Positions 29,343 to 39,357 of a stretch of DNA of 64,000 nucleotides are shown one piece after another. The position numbers and the translations under genes are program-made. The notes beneath the pieces were generated by a model that did not search any database, was not told where the DNA came from, and saw nothing but the letters and a program-made list of their open reading frames with translations. Location of the stretch: assembly GCA_038870975.1 (NCBI GenBank), contig JAVZJD010000002.1, positions 352,001 to 416,000 on the forward strand, in the 5' to 3' direction. This stretch comes from Candidatus Bathyarchaeia archaeon (lineage in GTDB: Archaea > Thermoproteota > CALKCG01 > B24). The stretch's first letter is position 1, and every line of letters starts with the position of its first letter.

Positions 29343-31148
29343 ATGGTTAGAGTAGCCGTCTTGGATAAAGAGAAGTGTAAACCGAAAGATTGCGGCTTAG
29401 TTTGCATAAGGTTCTGCCCTCCTGTTAGGAATGAATTAGACGCTATTAAGATGGAGGGAGACGGCTATCCGATTGTGAATGAAAAGTTGTGTGTGGGATG
29501 TGGATTATGTGTTAGGAAGTGTCCTTTTAAAGCATTATCCATAGTGAACCTTCCGGAGGAGTTGGAAAGAGATTGCTCACACAGGTTTGGTGTAAATGCT
29601 TTTAAACTCTACAGGCTTCCAATTCCAATAGCTGGTAGAGTCACGGGGCTTGTTGGTAAAAACGGTGTAGGTAAATCCACCTCTTTAATGATACTTGCTG
29701 GAGTCGTAAAGCCAAATCTTGGCAAGTTAACAGATCCCCCTGACTGGGATGAGATAATCCGCTATTATGGAGGGTCTCCGCTTCAAGATTACTTTAAAGG
29801 CTTAAGTTCAGGCTCTCTCAGGGTTGCGTATAAGCCTCAGTATGTCGATAAGATACCTATTGTTCATAGAGGAGTTGTAGGAGAGCTTCTATCTAGAGTT
29901 GACGATAGGGGGCTTATGAAGTCTGTATGTGGTGAGCTTGAGCTCGATGAAGTTTTGGATAGAGAGTTGTCTGTTTTAAGCGGCGGTGAACTTCAGAGAG
30001 TAGCTATAGCTGCCTGCTGTCTTAGAGATGTAGATGTGTATATTTTTGATGAGCCTTCAAGTTACTTGGATGTGAAGCAGAGGCTTTCCGTAGCTAGGCT
30101 CATAAGGAGGCTATGTGAATCCGGTAAAACAGTAATCGTAAGCGAGCATGATTTAGCCGTTTTAGACTATCTCTCAGATCAGGTTTGCATTCTATATGGT
30201 GAGCCTGGTGTTTACGGTATTGTTTCCCATCCTCACTCAGTTAGAGATGGGATAAACATATTTCTTAAAGGGTATATACCCGATGAAAACGTACGTTTCA
30301 GAGGGAATGAGATAAAATTCCACGTTAGACCCCCCATGGAAAGATATGCTTCTGATATGCCTATCATGGTTAAATGGGGCAACCTCATCAAAACGCTTGG
30401 AGAGTTTACTCTAAAAGTTGAACCGGGTGAAATAAGATTTGGAGAAGTCGTAGGGATACTGGGCCCAAACGGTATAGGTAAGACGACGTTCGTCAAAATC
30501 CTCGCTGGCATTTTAAAACCAGACGAAGGAAGTCCTCCGTCTGAGTCTTTAAAGGTAAGCTACAAGCCTCAATACTTATCGGCTGAAAACTACAGTGGTA
30601 CTGTTGAAGAACTTTTTAGAAAGGTTTTGGGGGATAGGTTTGGTTCGAGCTTTCTAGATGAAGAACTCCTCCAACCAATGGGTATCTACAAATTGTTTGA
30701 AAGAGAAGTGTCAAACCTAAGCGGTGGTGAACTTCAAAAGGTCGCTGTAGCTTTATGCTTATCTAGAGATGCAGATTTATACCTGTTAGATGAGCCGAGC
30801 GCCTACTTAGACGTTGAAGAGAGGTTTACAATAACCAAAGTCGTGAGGAGGATAGTGGAAAACCTTAGGAAGGCTGCGTTCATAGTGGAGCATGACCTAT
30901 CGGTGGCAGACTTCGTGGCAGACAAGCTCATGGTATTCACGGGTAAACCAGGCGTAGAAGGCGTCGCGTCTACACCCATGCCTTTGAGAGACGGAATGAA
31001 CAGGTTCCTATCGGAGCTTGAAGTGACTTTTAGAAGAGACCCTGATACTGGTAGACCGAGGGTCAATAAGTACGGGTCTAGGTTGGATAGATACCAGAAG
31101 TCCATAGGGGAATACTACTATATCCCCTTGAAGGAAGATACCTCTTAG
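29343..31148 (+). CDS. abcE1: Ribosome recycling factor ABCE1 (RNase L inhibitor homolog)
   Basis: N-terminal CKPKDC...C...CP and CVGCGLCVRKCPF Fe-S domain, two ABC ATPase domains, TFRRDPDTGRPRVNK. Confidence 0.97.
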   Translation: MVRVAVLDKEKCKPKDCGLVCIRFCPPVRNELDAIKMEGDGYPIVNEKLCVGCGLCVRKCPFKALSIVNLPEELERDCSHRFGVNAFKLYRLPIPIAGRVTGLVGKNGVGKSTSLMILAGVVKPNLGKLTDPPDWDEIIRYYGGSPLQDYFKGLSSGSLRVAYKPQYVDKIPIVHRGVVGELLSRVDDRGLMKSVCGELELDEVLDRELSVLSGGELQRVAIAACCLRDVDVYIFDEPSSYLDVKQRLSVARLIRRLCESGKTVIVSEHDLAVLDYLSDQVCILYGEPGVYGIVSHPHSVRDGINIFLKGYIPDENVRFRGNEIKFHVRPPMERYASDMPIMVKWGNLIKTLGEFTLKVEPGEIRFGEVVGILGPNGIGKTTFVKILAGILKPDEGSPPSESLKVSYKPQYLSAENYSGTVEELFRKVLGDRFGSSFLDEELLQPMGIYKLFEREVSNLSGGELQKVAVALCLSRDADLYLLDEPSAYLDVEERFTITKVVRRIVENLRKAAFIVEHDLSVADFVADKLMVFTGKPGVEGVASTPMPLRDGMNRFLSELEVTFRRDPDTGRPRVNKYGSRLDRYQKSIGEYYYIPLKEDTS

Positions 31149-31150
31149 AA

Positions 31151-31168
31151 CCCTTAAATCATTAAGGG
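31151..31168 (+). terminator. Short hairpin just after the ABCE1 stop
   Basis: CCCTTAA-atca-TTAAGGG followed by T-rich sequence. Confidence 0.35.
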
Positions 31169-31265
31169 GTTTATGAGTAAAGTTTTTATTGAGTTTTAAA
31201 TTTTCCTCTTTTCTGTCGAATTTTAAGGTCTTTTCAACTATTCCAGCTCTACGGGGTGGGCTGGA

Positions 31266-32285
31266 ATGCCCGCTAAACCTGATTTTACAGTATGGCTTGT
31301 GACTTCCCGTTGTAATTTTCGCTGTAGCCACTGTTACAGCTACGATATAGTTGGTGAGTTGAGTGAAGATGAGGCTTTAAAGATCGCTGAGGAACTGGCG
31401 GATTTTTCAACACCAGTGGATATAACCGGTGGAGAGCCGTTGCTTTGGAAGCCTCTACGTAGCGTAGTAAGATTGCTTAGAGAGTGTGACGTAGATTTAT
31501 CCATACAGTCGAACCTCTCAATATTGGATAGTGACTATGCTAAGTTTCTCAGCGACTTAGGAGTCTTCATATTTACGAGCTTGGATGGTCCGTCTAGGGA
31601 AGTTCATGATAAGTTGAGGGGTTTTGGAAGCTGGGACTCCTTAATACGTAGTCTTAAGCTACTCAAAGGATTTGGATTAGACTTTGCAACGGTTACAACG
31701 ATTACTAGGGTAAATTTACACGTATTAACAGATGTACTTAAGCTTTCTAGGGAGCTGGGGGCTTCATATGCGGCGTTCATACCGATAATACCTATTGGAA
31801 GAGCCAGGTATAACGATCAACTCAATATTGAGCCTGTTGAACTTCTCAACGCTGTTATATCCATCCGAGATTCTACCGATGCTCTAGGCTTTAAAGCAGC
31901 AATCTGGTGTGCGCCATTCCTATCTTCAGTAGGGTCTACAAAGTACTTCTACGTCGGAGACTGCCCGATCTATAGGGCTTGGGATATTCTCCCAGATGGT
32001 TCAATACCGCTATGCGACTCTCTAAGGATAAAAATTGCAGATGTTAAGATTGGTGTTTCCAAGGCTTGGGAGGAGTATTTAGCAAGCCCACTGGTGAGAG
32101 AAGTGTTTACAACCGTGCCTGAAGCATGTAGAGGATGTAACTACAGTAGACTATGTAGGGGAGGTTGTAAAGCTAGAGCCTACGCAGTGGCAAATTCGTT
32201 CAGTAGTCCAGACCCACTTTGCCCACTAATTCAGCCGAGCGTTCAAAGGATAACTGGCACCTCTTGGAGGCTAGAAAGACTCTAG
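31266..32285 (+). CDS. Radical SAM protein with SPASM domain
   Basis: CNFRCSHC, TGGEP, SLDG; C-terminal CRGC...CRGGC...DPLC. Confidence 0.9.
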   Translation: MPAKPDFTVWLVTSRCNFRCSHCYSYDIVGELSEDEALKIAEELADFSTPVDITGGEPLLWKPLRSVVRLLRECDVDLSIQSNLSILDSDYAKFLSDLGVFIFTSLDGPSREVHDKLRGFGSWDSLIRSLKLLKGFGLDFATVTTITRVNLHVLTDVLKLSRELGASYAAFIPIIPIGRARYNDQLNIEPVELLNAVISIRDSTDALGFKAAIWCAPFLSSVGSTKYFYVGDCPIYRAWDILPDGSIPLCDSLRIKIADVKIGVSKAWEEYLASPLVREVFTTVPEACRGCNYSRLCRGGCKARAYAVANSFSSPDPLCPLIQPSVQRITGTSWRLERL

Positions 32286-33130
32286 TATATGTATTCAAAA
32301 GCCTCAATACGTGCTCTTTCCACTGCTTCATCCTGTTCTTCGACTGTGAGCACTCTAAACCTTTCAACAGCATCCAAAACCTTAGGCCAAAGTCTAATAT
32401 CGCACGGCAGCGAGTAAGTCGCAACACCTTCCTGTGAAAGTGTAAACCAAACAGCAAGGTCTATCATCTCCTGTTCTTCTAAAGGCTCGTACCAAGTCCC
32501 ATACTTATGCTCACCCTTCCAAGGCCTCTTAGCTATCGCCTTAATAGCTATAACACCTATACCCCTATCCCTAGCAACTTTTAAGACTTGCCTAAAGTCG
32601 CTTCTAGGCGTAGGATTCACAAGGCTGAACAAGCCTACCGGTATCATTACCGTGTCGAAGTCGAAAAGCTCGATTGCTTTAAGTGCAACTCTAACATCGT
32701 GCGTAGTTAAACCTATAAACCTTATGAGACCAACGTCTCTAGCTTCTTTAAAAGCCTCTATAGCACCATCCCTATCTAAAGCCCTGTTTAAGTCTTCGAA
32801 GTCCGCAACAGCGTGCATCTGATAAAGGTCGAAGCTTTCAACGCTAAGCCTACTCATGCTGGCTTTAAGCTCATCCCAAGCCTCACGCCTACCCCGCTTC
32901 TGAGTCTTCTCAGCTAAGAATAGCCTAGTCCTAAACTTTACAACCCAACTCCTAAGCCTAACCTCAGCTTCACCATAGGTAGGAGCAACATCCACAACGT
33001 TAACGCCACGGTTCAGAATGTACTCAACAGCCTTATCAGCAGTCCCCTGGTCAACCCAGCCAACACCACAACCACCAAGCGTTACCACGGAAGCCTTAAA
33101 ACCAGTCCCACCGAGAAACCTAAACTCCAA
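32282..33130 (-). CDS. Aldo/keto reductase
   Basis: DVAPTYG, AEK, DLYQMH, RFIGLTTH; start moved to the TTG at 33130 behind a GGAGG RBS. Confidence 0.88.
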   Translation of the reverse strand: MEFRFLGGTGFKASVVTLGGCGVGWVDQGTADKAVEYILNRGVNVVDVAPTYGEAEVRLRSWVVKFRTRLFLAEKTQKRGRREAWDELKASMSRLSVESFDLYQMHAVADFEDLNRALDRDGAIEAFKEARDVGLIRFIGLTTHDVRVALKAIELFDFDTVMIPVGLFSLVNPTPRSDFRQVLKVARDRGIGVIAIKAIAKRPWKGEHKYGTWYEPLEEQEMIDLAVWFTLSQEGVATYSLPCDIRLWPKVLDAVERFRVLTVEEQDEAVERARIEAFEYIY

Positions 33131-33174
33131 AACAAAACCTCCATGCAAACTATACACTACATAAGTACATCATA

Positions 33175-34089
33175 TTAAAGGTTTTCTTGAAAGTCCATAT
33201 GTAGATGTCCATCTGTTGAGGGTTGGCTGAATAGACTCTTTCTCTCATTAATAATCTTTTTTCCTTCTACATATCCTTTCCATTTCATTATTCTTATAAG
33301 TGGGTAGTATACTAAAAGCGTGGGTTCCTTTTTCCAGAGCGTTAGACCTAAACCTATTGCTGGGCTAAACATTAACTTCACTGCTTGAAAAAACGGTTTA
33401 AGTTTTCTAATTTCATCTTCAACTAGGATTCCATCTTCGAGCAGTGTAGGAATTTCCTTGGAAAATTCATAGTAATGCCTTTTAGCATATTCAAAAATCG
33501 TCATAGGTTTTAAATGTTCTGAGATTACACTTGTGTCCGTTATCCATTTTAATCCAGCTTTTAAAATCCTAGATTTTAAAACGGCATCAACATGATACCG
33601 AACATTTCTAGGGAAGCCGCCAAGCCTCCTTATAATTTCAGTCCGATAGATATTATTATCTAAGCTATAAAGTTTCTCGCCGCCAAACCATTCTAAACCA
33701 AACTCCTCGAATTTTCTAAGTGTGGGATGGGTTGATAGCCTCCAACCCTGGGCAATGGCAACATTGGGTTGCTCAAGATATTTGAAAATTTTCTCAAACC
33801 AACAATCAGTGAGTAGTAAATCCTGTTCAAAAGAACAAAAAAACTCAGTTTTAACTTTACTAAAAGCAAGATTGGCTCCCTCGCCAATTCCACCTTTTTC
33901 GTTAATAAAAACCTTCCAACCAAAATCTTTAGCGATTTCTACCGAGTTATCAACTGAATGGTCATCGACAAAAATTTTATCACCAATAACTTCATGTGGG
34001 ATAACAGCATCAATCCTTTTCAGAGTTAAAGGTAAGTATTTTGCACCATTCTTGGCCCACATAACTAAGTCAAGTTTCATAAAAATCAA
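33175..34089 (-). CDS. Glycosyltransferase family 2
   Basis: KNGAKYL, VDDHSVDNS, EQD, GGFP. Confidence 0.82.
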   Translation of the reverse strand: MIFMKLDLVMWAKNGAKYLPLTLKRIDAVIPHEVIGDKIFVDDHSVDNSVEIAKDFGWKVFINEKGGIGEGANLAFSKVKTEFFCSFEQDLLLTDCWFEKIFKYLEQPNVAIAQGWRLSTHPTLRKFEEFGLEWFGGEKLYSLDNNIYRTEIIRRLGGFPRNVRYHVDAVLKSRILKAGLKWITDTSVISEHLKPMTIFEYAKRHYYEFSKEIPTLLEDGILVEDEIRKLKPFFQAVKLMFSPAIGLGLTLWKKEPTLLVYYPLIRIMKWKGYVEGKKIINERKSLFSQPSTDGHLHMDFQENL

Positions 34090-34645
34090 CCCTATGAATA
34101 TTCACAAGTAGTATGATAACTATTAAAGATTTTTTGGCTCTTCTTAAGAAGATAGTGCTTTTTATATCTATCGACTGATCATTGGTTTCCGATTCGAATA
34201 TACTTTAGTTATGTGCTTGCTAATGCCGTTAAATTTAAGCCTTGCATCCATAGAAAGAACCGTTCGACTAACCTTACCTTTCTAGACGTATTCATAAGTC
34301 TGTTTTGTCAACTCATCTGCTTTGAAAAACTCTATAAATTTAACTATTAACTAGTCGAAAACCTAAAAGAAAAGTGCTAACGTCTTAATAAGAGCGAATT
34401 TCTAGTCTTCTACTTTATTGAAGAGCCTTGGGTATATCACTATGTATGCAAGACGCTGACGGCGCATTTCTAGTCACCGACCTCTTACATTTTATGGTTG
34501 GTCTTCCAAGCTTTTGCTTAAGCCTGTTACTGAGAGTAGATAATACATTAAGCATCCTTATACCCGGTAGACAGTAACACATATAATTATGATTTTCATT
34601 GTATTCTCAAAGAGTATTGGTCAATAAAAGTGAGGATTAAAAATT

Positions 34646-35590
34646 ATGTGTGAAAGTCATTCTAGACACATTTGTGCTATTATATGGACTTTTAACCCAG
34701 ATATTAAGCAGTTTACAAAGGTTTTAGAATCCGTCTGTAATCAGGTCGATCAAGTTATCGTAGTGGATAATAGATCGGACAATATCTTTGAGGTTCAAAG
34801 CACTTGTACTGCCTTTAACAAGGTAGTATTAATTAAGATTGGATTCAACTCAGGGGTTCATGCGCTAAATGTCGGTATGAAATATGCCGTCGAGACATTT
34901 AAGCCGAGTTTCATTTTACTACTCGATGATGATACCATAATATATCCTAATGCCATATTAACTGTGTTAAGTAAAGTGTTGGAGAAAAATAATCTATGCA
35001 AAGCTATTGGTATCATACAAATAACTTCTCAACATGTTCCACTTAATTGGAGAGGAAAGTGTATTATGTTTTGGAGTCGAGGTATATTCTCAGGTTCTCT
35101 GATAAGAGTAGAACTTATTAAAAGGGGATTGAAAGTGAGAGAAGAGTTCTTTTTAGACCAAGCTGATTATGATTTCTACAATCAAATAAGAAGGCTTGGC
35201 TTCATAACTGTGATGTATGGGGAGAAGCTTATGGACCATAAGATAGGTATGAAGGTAATGCTTCCATCTTTACGCAGACCATATAAACGCAGGATATGGA
35301 TATATGAGCCACCTTGGAGATATTACTATGTGGTTAGAAACTCGACAGTACTGCTCATGGAAGGGGGGCTCGATATAAAATCCTACGTAGAACAATTAAT
35401 CGCTTATATGGTACCATTGTTTTTTATGGATGGCATCTTAGGAACCCTTAAGGTGTTAGTACTAGGCATAGTTCATGGTCTACTTAGAAAACTGGGTATT
35501 CTTGATCTCAAGAATATAGGATTTTTACCGAACACTCATACCAATAGATTAAATCGACGGGCGCTTTTGAATATGGTCTATAACCTATGA
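34646..35590 (+). CDS. GT2 glycosyltransferase, rhamnosyltransferase-like
   Basis: VVDNRS, ALNVG, LLDDDT, SGSLI, FFLDQADYDF, RYYYVVRN. Confidence 0.85.
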   Translation: MCESHSRHICAIIWTFNPDIKQFTKVLESVCNQVDQVIVVDNRSDNIFEVQSTCTAFNKVVLIKIGFNSGVHALNVGMKYAVETFKPSFILLLDDDTIIYPNAILTVLSKVLEKNNLCKAIGIIQITSQHVPLNWRGKCIMFWSRGIFSGSLIRVELIKRGLKVREEFFLDQADYDFYNQIRRLGFITVMYGEKLMDHKIGMKVMLPSLRRPYKRRIWIYEPPWRYYYVVRNSTVLLMEGGLDIKSYVEQLIAYMVPLFFMDGILGTLKVLVLGIVHGLLRKLGILDLKNIGFLPNTHTNRLNRRALLNMVYNL

Positions 35591-35716
35591 GAGACTTTAC
35601 GAGAAGTTTTTACTATACGTCCTCTAAATGATTAGTAAATTCCTGTTACAGAGCAGATTTCTCCATAGCAATATGGTAAAAGGCAGTTAAATTCGTATTC
35701 AAGAAGCCTTATCTAG

Positions 35717-36706
35717 TTAAACTACTTCCTTGGCCTTTAGAGTTTTCCACCATGAGATTACTCTGGTTTCAGGTGCATCAGATATCACACCTTCTTCGAG
35801 AGCCTTGTATACTTCTCTGGATCCTTGAATTGGCGTATAGGATGCTATGAAATTAAGTCTTTTCCTTATCTTTGTGAAGTCTACATTGTAAGACCTTGTA
35901 TCTGGCTCTCCATACCACTCTATACCATAGGGTTTACCCACGCTATCCCCAACAAGCTTAGCTAAATCGTATATTCGATAGTTTTGATCATTTGAGCCTA
36001 CGTTAAAGACCTCTCCGTTCACCTCACTTTCATCGGCTTCTATTACGCTTATTATCGCCTTTGCTACATCTGCTACGTGAACTACAGGTCTTATCTGAGT
36101 CCCTGGATGCATTACCTTAATCACGCCAGTCTTATAGAGTGAAAGCGTCATTCCGTTTACGACTAAATCGAACCTCATCTTTTTGGATAGTCCGTAGACA
36201 GTAGCCAACCTTAGAATCGTCACGCAGAATTCTTTAGACGATAGGGGTTTTACTTCCTCCTCAACCATTAGCTTTGTTTTAGCGTAATTCTCTAAAGGAT
36301 TTGGCTGGGATTTTTCTGAGATTAAGCCCTCTTGGAAACCGTAAACGCTACAGGTCGATGTGAATATGTATTTTTTCACACCATGTTTCATGCTCAGGTT
36401 TGCTACTCTCACGGGGCCTTTATAGTTCATCTCATGGAAAAGTCGTTCCTCCAAGTAGCCTGAGGGGTCTGGCTGCGATATGGCCGCTAAGTCCACGACG
36501 GCATTTACGCCGTTGAGAATTTCTGAGTTGAAGGTTCTAGTGTCGTCTACGACTAGCTTAAAATTGCTCATGCCTATGTACGGTTTGATGCCAGCATCTC
36601 CGAATATGAGCCTGTCTAGGCATATTACGCTATATCCTTCATCTAGCAAACTTCCTATGAGGACGCTACCTATGTATCCAGCTCCACCAGTAACTAAGAC
36701 CTTCAA
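35717..36706 (-). CDS. NAD-dependent nucleotide-sugar epimerase/dehydratase (extended SDR)
   Basis: TGGAGYIG, TSTCSVYG, YAKTK, RLATVYG, RFDLVVN. Confidence 0.88.
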   Translation of the reverse strand: MKVLVTGGAGYIGSVLIGSLLDEGYSVICLDRLIFGDAGIKPYIGMSNFKLVVDDTRTFNSEILNGVNAVVDLAAISQPDPSGYLEERLFHEMNYKGPVRVANLSMKHGVKKYIFTSTCSVYGFQEGLISEKSQPNPLENYAKTKLMVEEEVKPLSSKEFCVTILRLATVYGLSKKMRFDLVVNGMTLSLYKTGVIKVMHPGTQIRPVVHVADVAKAIISVIEADESEVNGEVFNVGSNDQNYRIYDLAKLVGDSVGKPYGIEWYGEPDTRSYNVDFTKIRKRLNFIASYTPIQGSREVYKALEEGVISDAPETRVISWWKTLKAKEVV

Positions 36707-37602
36707 GACTTCTTCGCCTCCAAGTATTCTCTCCTCAAAACGTTTAAAGCGTTATCAGTACTGTAGAAGTCTGTTTTTAGAATGCTCTTCGTGTATTCTG
36801 AGTTTAGGCTTGAGTCTCTAGGCCTCTTGGCAGTCCACTTCATGTCTTTCATTTCAGCTTTTTTGACTAGTTTTTCGTCTAATCCGAGCGTTCTAGCTAC
36901 TTTCAAGGCGAACTCATACCTGCTCATCCTCTCACCGGCTACGTGGAAAACGCCAGTCAGCTTTCTCTCAATAATTTCAGCTATAGCTTCTCCGAGCAAC
37001 CGTGCCTGTGTAGGCGTCGTATACTGGTCTATTAGGGCTTTGACTTCTTCACCCTTCTCAAGCCTTTCCACTAGAAACTTGGCGAAGTTCTTCCTCCCAG
37101 GACCAAAACCATAGATAGAGCTCGCTCTCACTATTGCGCAATCCACGTTAGAAGACCTGAAGGCTACTTCGCCCGCAAACTTCACTAAGCCATAGTAGTT
37201 GACCGGATTTGGAGGATCATATTCACAGTAACCACCCCTTTCACCGTCGAAGACATAGTCCGTAGATAAATATATTAGAAAGGACTGTATTTCAAAGGAC
37301 CATTTAGCCAACGCTATACTGGGCTCAACCGTGGTGCTCCAGGCCAAGCTTCTATCCCTTTCACATAAGTCTACGTCTCCAAGTGCAGCCATGTGAACTA
37401 CAACATCAAACTTCCCATTAAAAACAATCCTCTTGAAGCTCTCAAGATCACGTACGTCTAATCTTATCTTCTTAAGATTACCATGTTCGACTTGTATGGG
37501 GGTTTCATGGTAAACGGCTGAAACATCGTAACCCTTCTCTAAACACTTCTTAACGGTTCTAAACCCTGGAAGACTGCTAGCCCCTGTAATCAATATTTTC
37601 AA
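36703..37602 (-). CDS. rfbD: dTDP-4-dehydrorhamnose reductase
   Basis: STDYVFDG, PVNYYGLVK, DQYTTPT, RPRDSSL. Confidence 0.88.
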   Translation of the reverse strand: MKILITGASSLPGFRTVKKCLEKGYDVSAVYHETPIQVEHGNLKKIRLDVRDLESFKRIVFNGKFDVVVHMAALGDVDLCERDRSLAWSTTVEPSIALAKWSFEIQSFLIYLSTDYVFDGERGGYCEYDPPNPVNYYGLVKFAGEVAFRSSNVDCAIVRASSIYGFGPGRKNFAKFLVERLEKGEEVKALIDQYTTPTQARLLGEAIAEIIERKLTGVFHVAGERMSRYEFALKVARTLGLDEKLVKKAEMKDMKWTAKRPRDSSLNSEYTKSILKTDFYSTDNALNVLRREYLEAKKS

Positions 37603-37609
37603 GGCGGAA

Positions 37610-38158
37610 TCACCTGTGTGGAGGATAAAACCAGTCCCAAGGCTTATTACACCTCGGGTCGTCTCTCCTACCGTTTATTACGGATGGGACTATTGTCTGG
37701 TCGTTCCAGGGCCTTCTCTCTTCATCGGGATTCGCATAATCGTAAAGCCTGTTTACGAAGTATAAAAGCCATGCTGGCTCTGGACTTACGACTTTGAAGC
37801 CGTGCCAGTATTTCCCCGGGACTCTAAGTATTTGCATTCTATCATCGCTTAAAACGACCTCTACTAGGTGACTCTTTGTAAGCGAATCTTCTTCATCGCT
37901 GTACACGCATACTTTGATCGAGCCTTTCAAGACTAAGAAGTAATCTGTTTGACCTTTTACATGTCTATGCCAAGCTCTAACGACGCCTGGATAAGTTATC
38001 GAAAGGTTTGATTGGACTATTGAGTCTTCCCCTAGAAGGTCTTTCCAATCCATACGCATGACCTCAGTAAATACTCCACGCTCGTCTGGAAGCCTAGCTA
38101 GATCAGCTATTTTCACGCCTGGGAGGTGCAGCTCTTTAACAGATGTTAATAGAGGCAT
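37610..38158 (-). CDS. rfbC: dTDP-4-dehydrorhamnose 3,5-epimerase
   Basis: DERGVFTE, GVVRAWHRH, WHGF cupin motifs. Confidence 0.88.
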   Translation of the reverse strand: MPLLTSVKELHLPGVKIADLARLPDERGVFTEVMRMDWKDLLGEDSIVQSNLSITYPGVVRAWHRHVKGQTDYFLVLKGSIKVCVYSDEEDSLTKSHLVEVVLSDDRMQILRVPGKYWHGFKVVSPEPAWLLYFVNRLYDYANPDEERRPWNDQTIVPSVINGRRDDPRCNKPWDWFYPPHR

Positions 38159-38193
38159 ACTCTACTACCATATCAACTTACCTATGGGCTTAC

Positions 38194-39255
38194 TTATATT
38201 TCTACTTCAGAGTAGTCTCCTACGTTGAGTCTTACGATGCCGTGTCTCTTATTCTTCACGATTTTAGCATTTCTGCCTATTAGGCTCTCCTCAAGCTTAT
38301 CCACGTTTTCTATTAATGAATTCTCCAATATTACGGAGTGTTCTATAGAGCTACCCAGTATTTTTGAGCGGTTTCCTATGCTCGTATATGGTCCTATGAA
38401 AGAATCTTTGATTAGGCATCCATTACCGATTACAACTGGTCCTCTAATCGTGCTGTTCATGACTTTACTCTCTTCCCCTATTACTACTCTGCCGTCTACT
38501 CTGGAGTCTATAAGCTCTCCTCTAATATTCCTCTCAATACGCTCGTCCAGGATCAGCATGTTCGCGTAAAGTATATCGTCTTTCTTACCGGTATCTATCC
38601 ACCATCCATCTACAAAGCTATAGCCGATATTATAGCCTTTGTCGAGCATGGTCTGTAAAGCGTCCGTTATCTCGAGTTCACCTCTCCAGCTTGGCTTTAA
38701 ATCTTTAATGATATTGAACACTACGGGTTTAAACATGTAGACGCCTACTAATGCATATTTACTGGGTGGGATCTTGGGCTTTTCAATAAATCCTATGAGT
38801 TGTTTATGCTCATTGAACTTCGCAACACCGAACCTAGATGGGTCTTCGACTTCCTTAAAAAGGACATATGCATCATAATTCTCCCTGAGAAACTCCTCAA
38901 CATACTTTCTAATGCCATACTGTAGCAAGTTATCGCCTAAGTATACGACAAACGAATCGCTACACGTGAAATCTCTACATAAACCGACTGCGTGAGCTAT
39001 ACCGAGAGGCTTACCCTGATAAATGTAAGCGATCTTCACACCAAACCTAGAGCCATCGCCATAATATTCTTTAACGATCTCAGGACAAGTTTCACCTAGC
39101 ACTATCGCTATATCTTTAATACCTGAATCTCTGAGATCTTCTAAAACATACTGACTGATAGGCTTATTAGCAACAGGAATAAGCTGTTTAGGACCACTGA
39201 ACGTCAGAGGCCTAAGCCTTGTTCCAGCACCGCCGTGAAGGATAATGCCTTTCAC
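38194..39255 (-). CDS. rfbA: Glucose-1-phosphate thymidylyltransferase, long form
   Basis: GGAGTRLRPLT, KQLIPVANKP, LKPSWRGELEITDA, C-terminal hexapeptide repeats. Confidence 0.92.
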   Translation of the reverse strand: MKGIILHGGAGTRLRPLTFSGPKQLIPVANKPISQYVLEDLRDSGIKDIAIVLGETCPEIVKEYYGDGSRFGVKIAYIYQGKPLGIAHAVGLCRDFTCSDSFVVYLGDNLLQYGIRKYVEEFLRENYDAYVLFKEVEDPSRFGVAKFNEHKQLIGFIEKPKIPPSKYALVGVYMFKPVVFNIIKDLKPSWRGELEITDALQTMLDKGYNIGYSFVDGWWIDTGKKDDILYANMLILDERIERNIRGELIDSRVDGRVVIGEESKVMNSTIRGPVVIGNGCLIKDSFIGPYTSIGNRSKILGSSIEHSVILENSLIENVDKLEESLIGRNAKIVKNKRHGIVRLNVGDYSEVEI

Positions 39256-39357
39256 AAGAACTATTGCTCACTTAACAATATTTAAGCCTGAAGAATATAG
39301 GTTTAAAGAACTGCCCACTCTATCTATAATTTCACATTTAGAACTAATAGTTGCAGC

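Noticed and set aside
34090-34645. Long intergenic region containing a ~46-codon minus-strand ORF
   Set aside because: No recognisable motif, RNA structure or terminal repeats; cannot be supported
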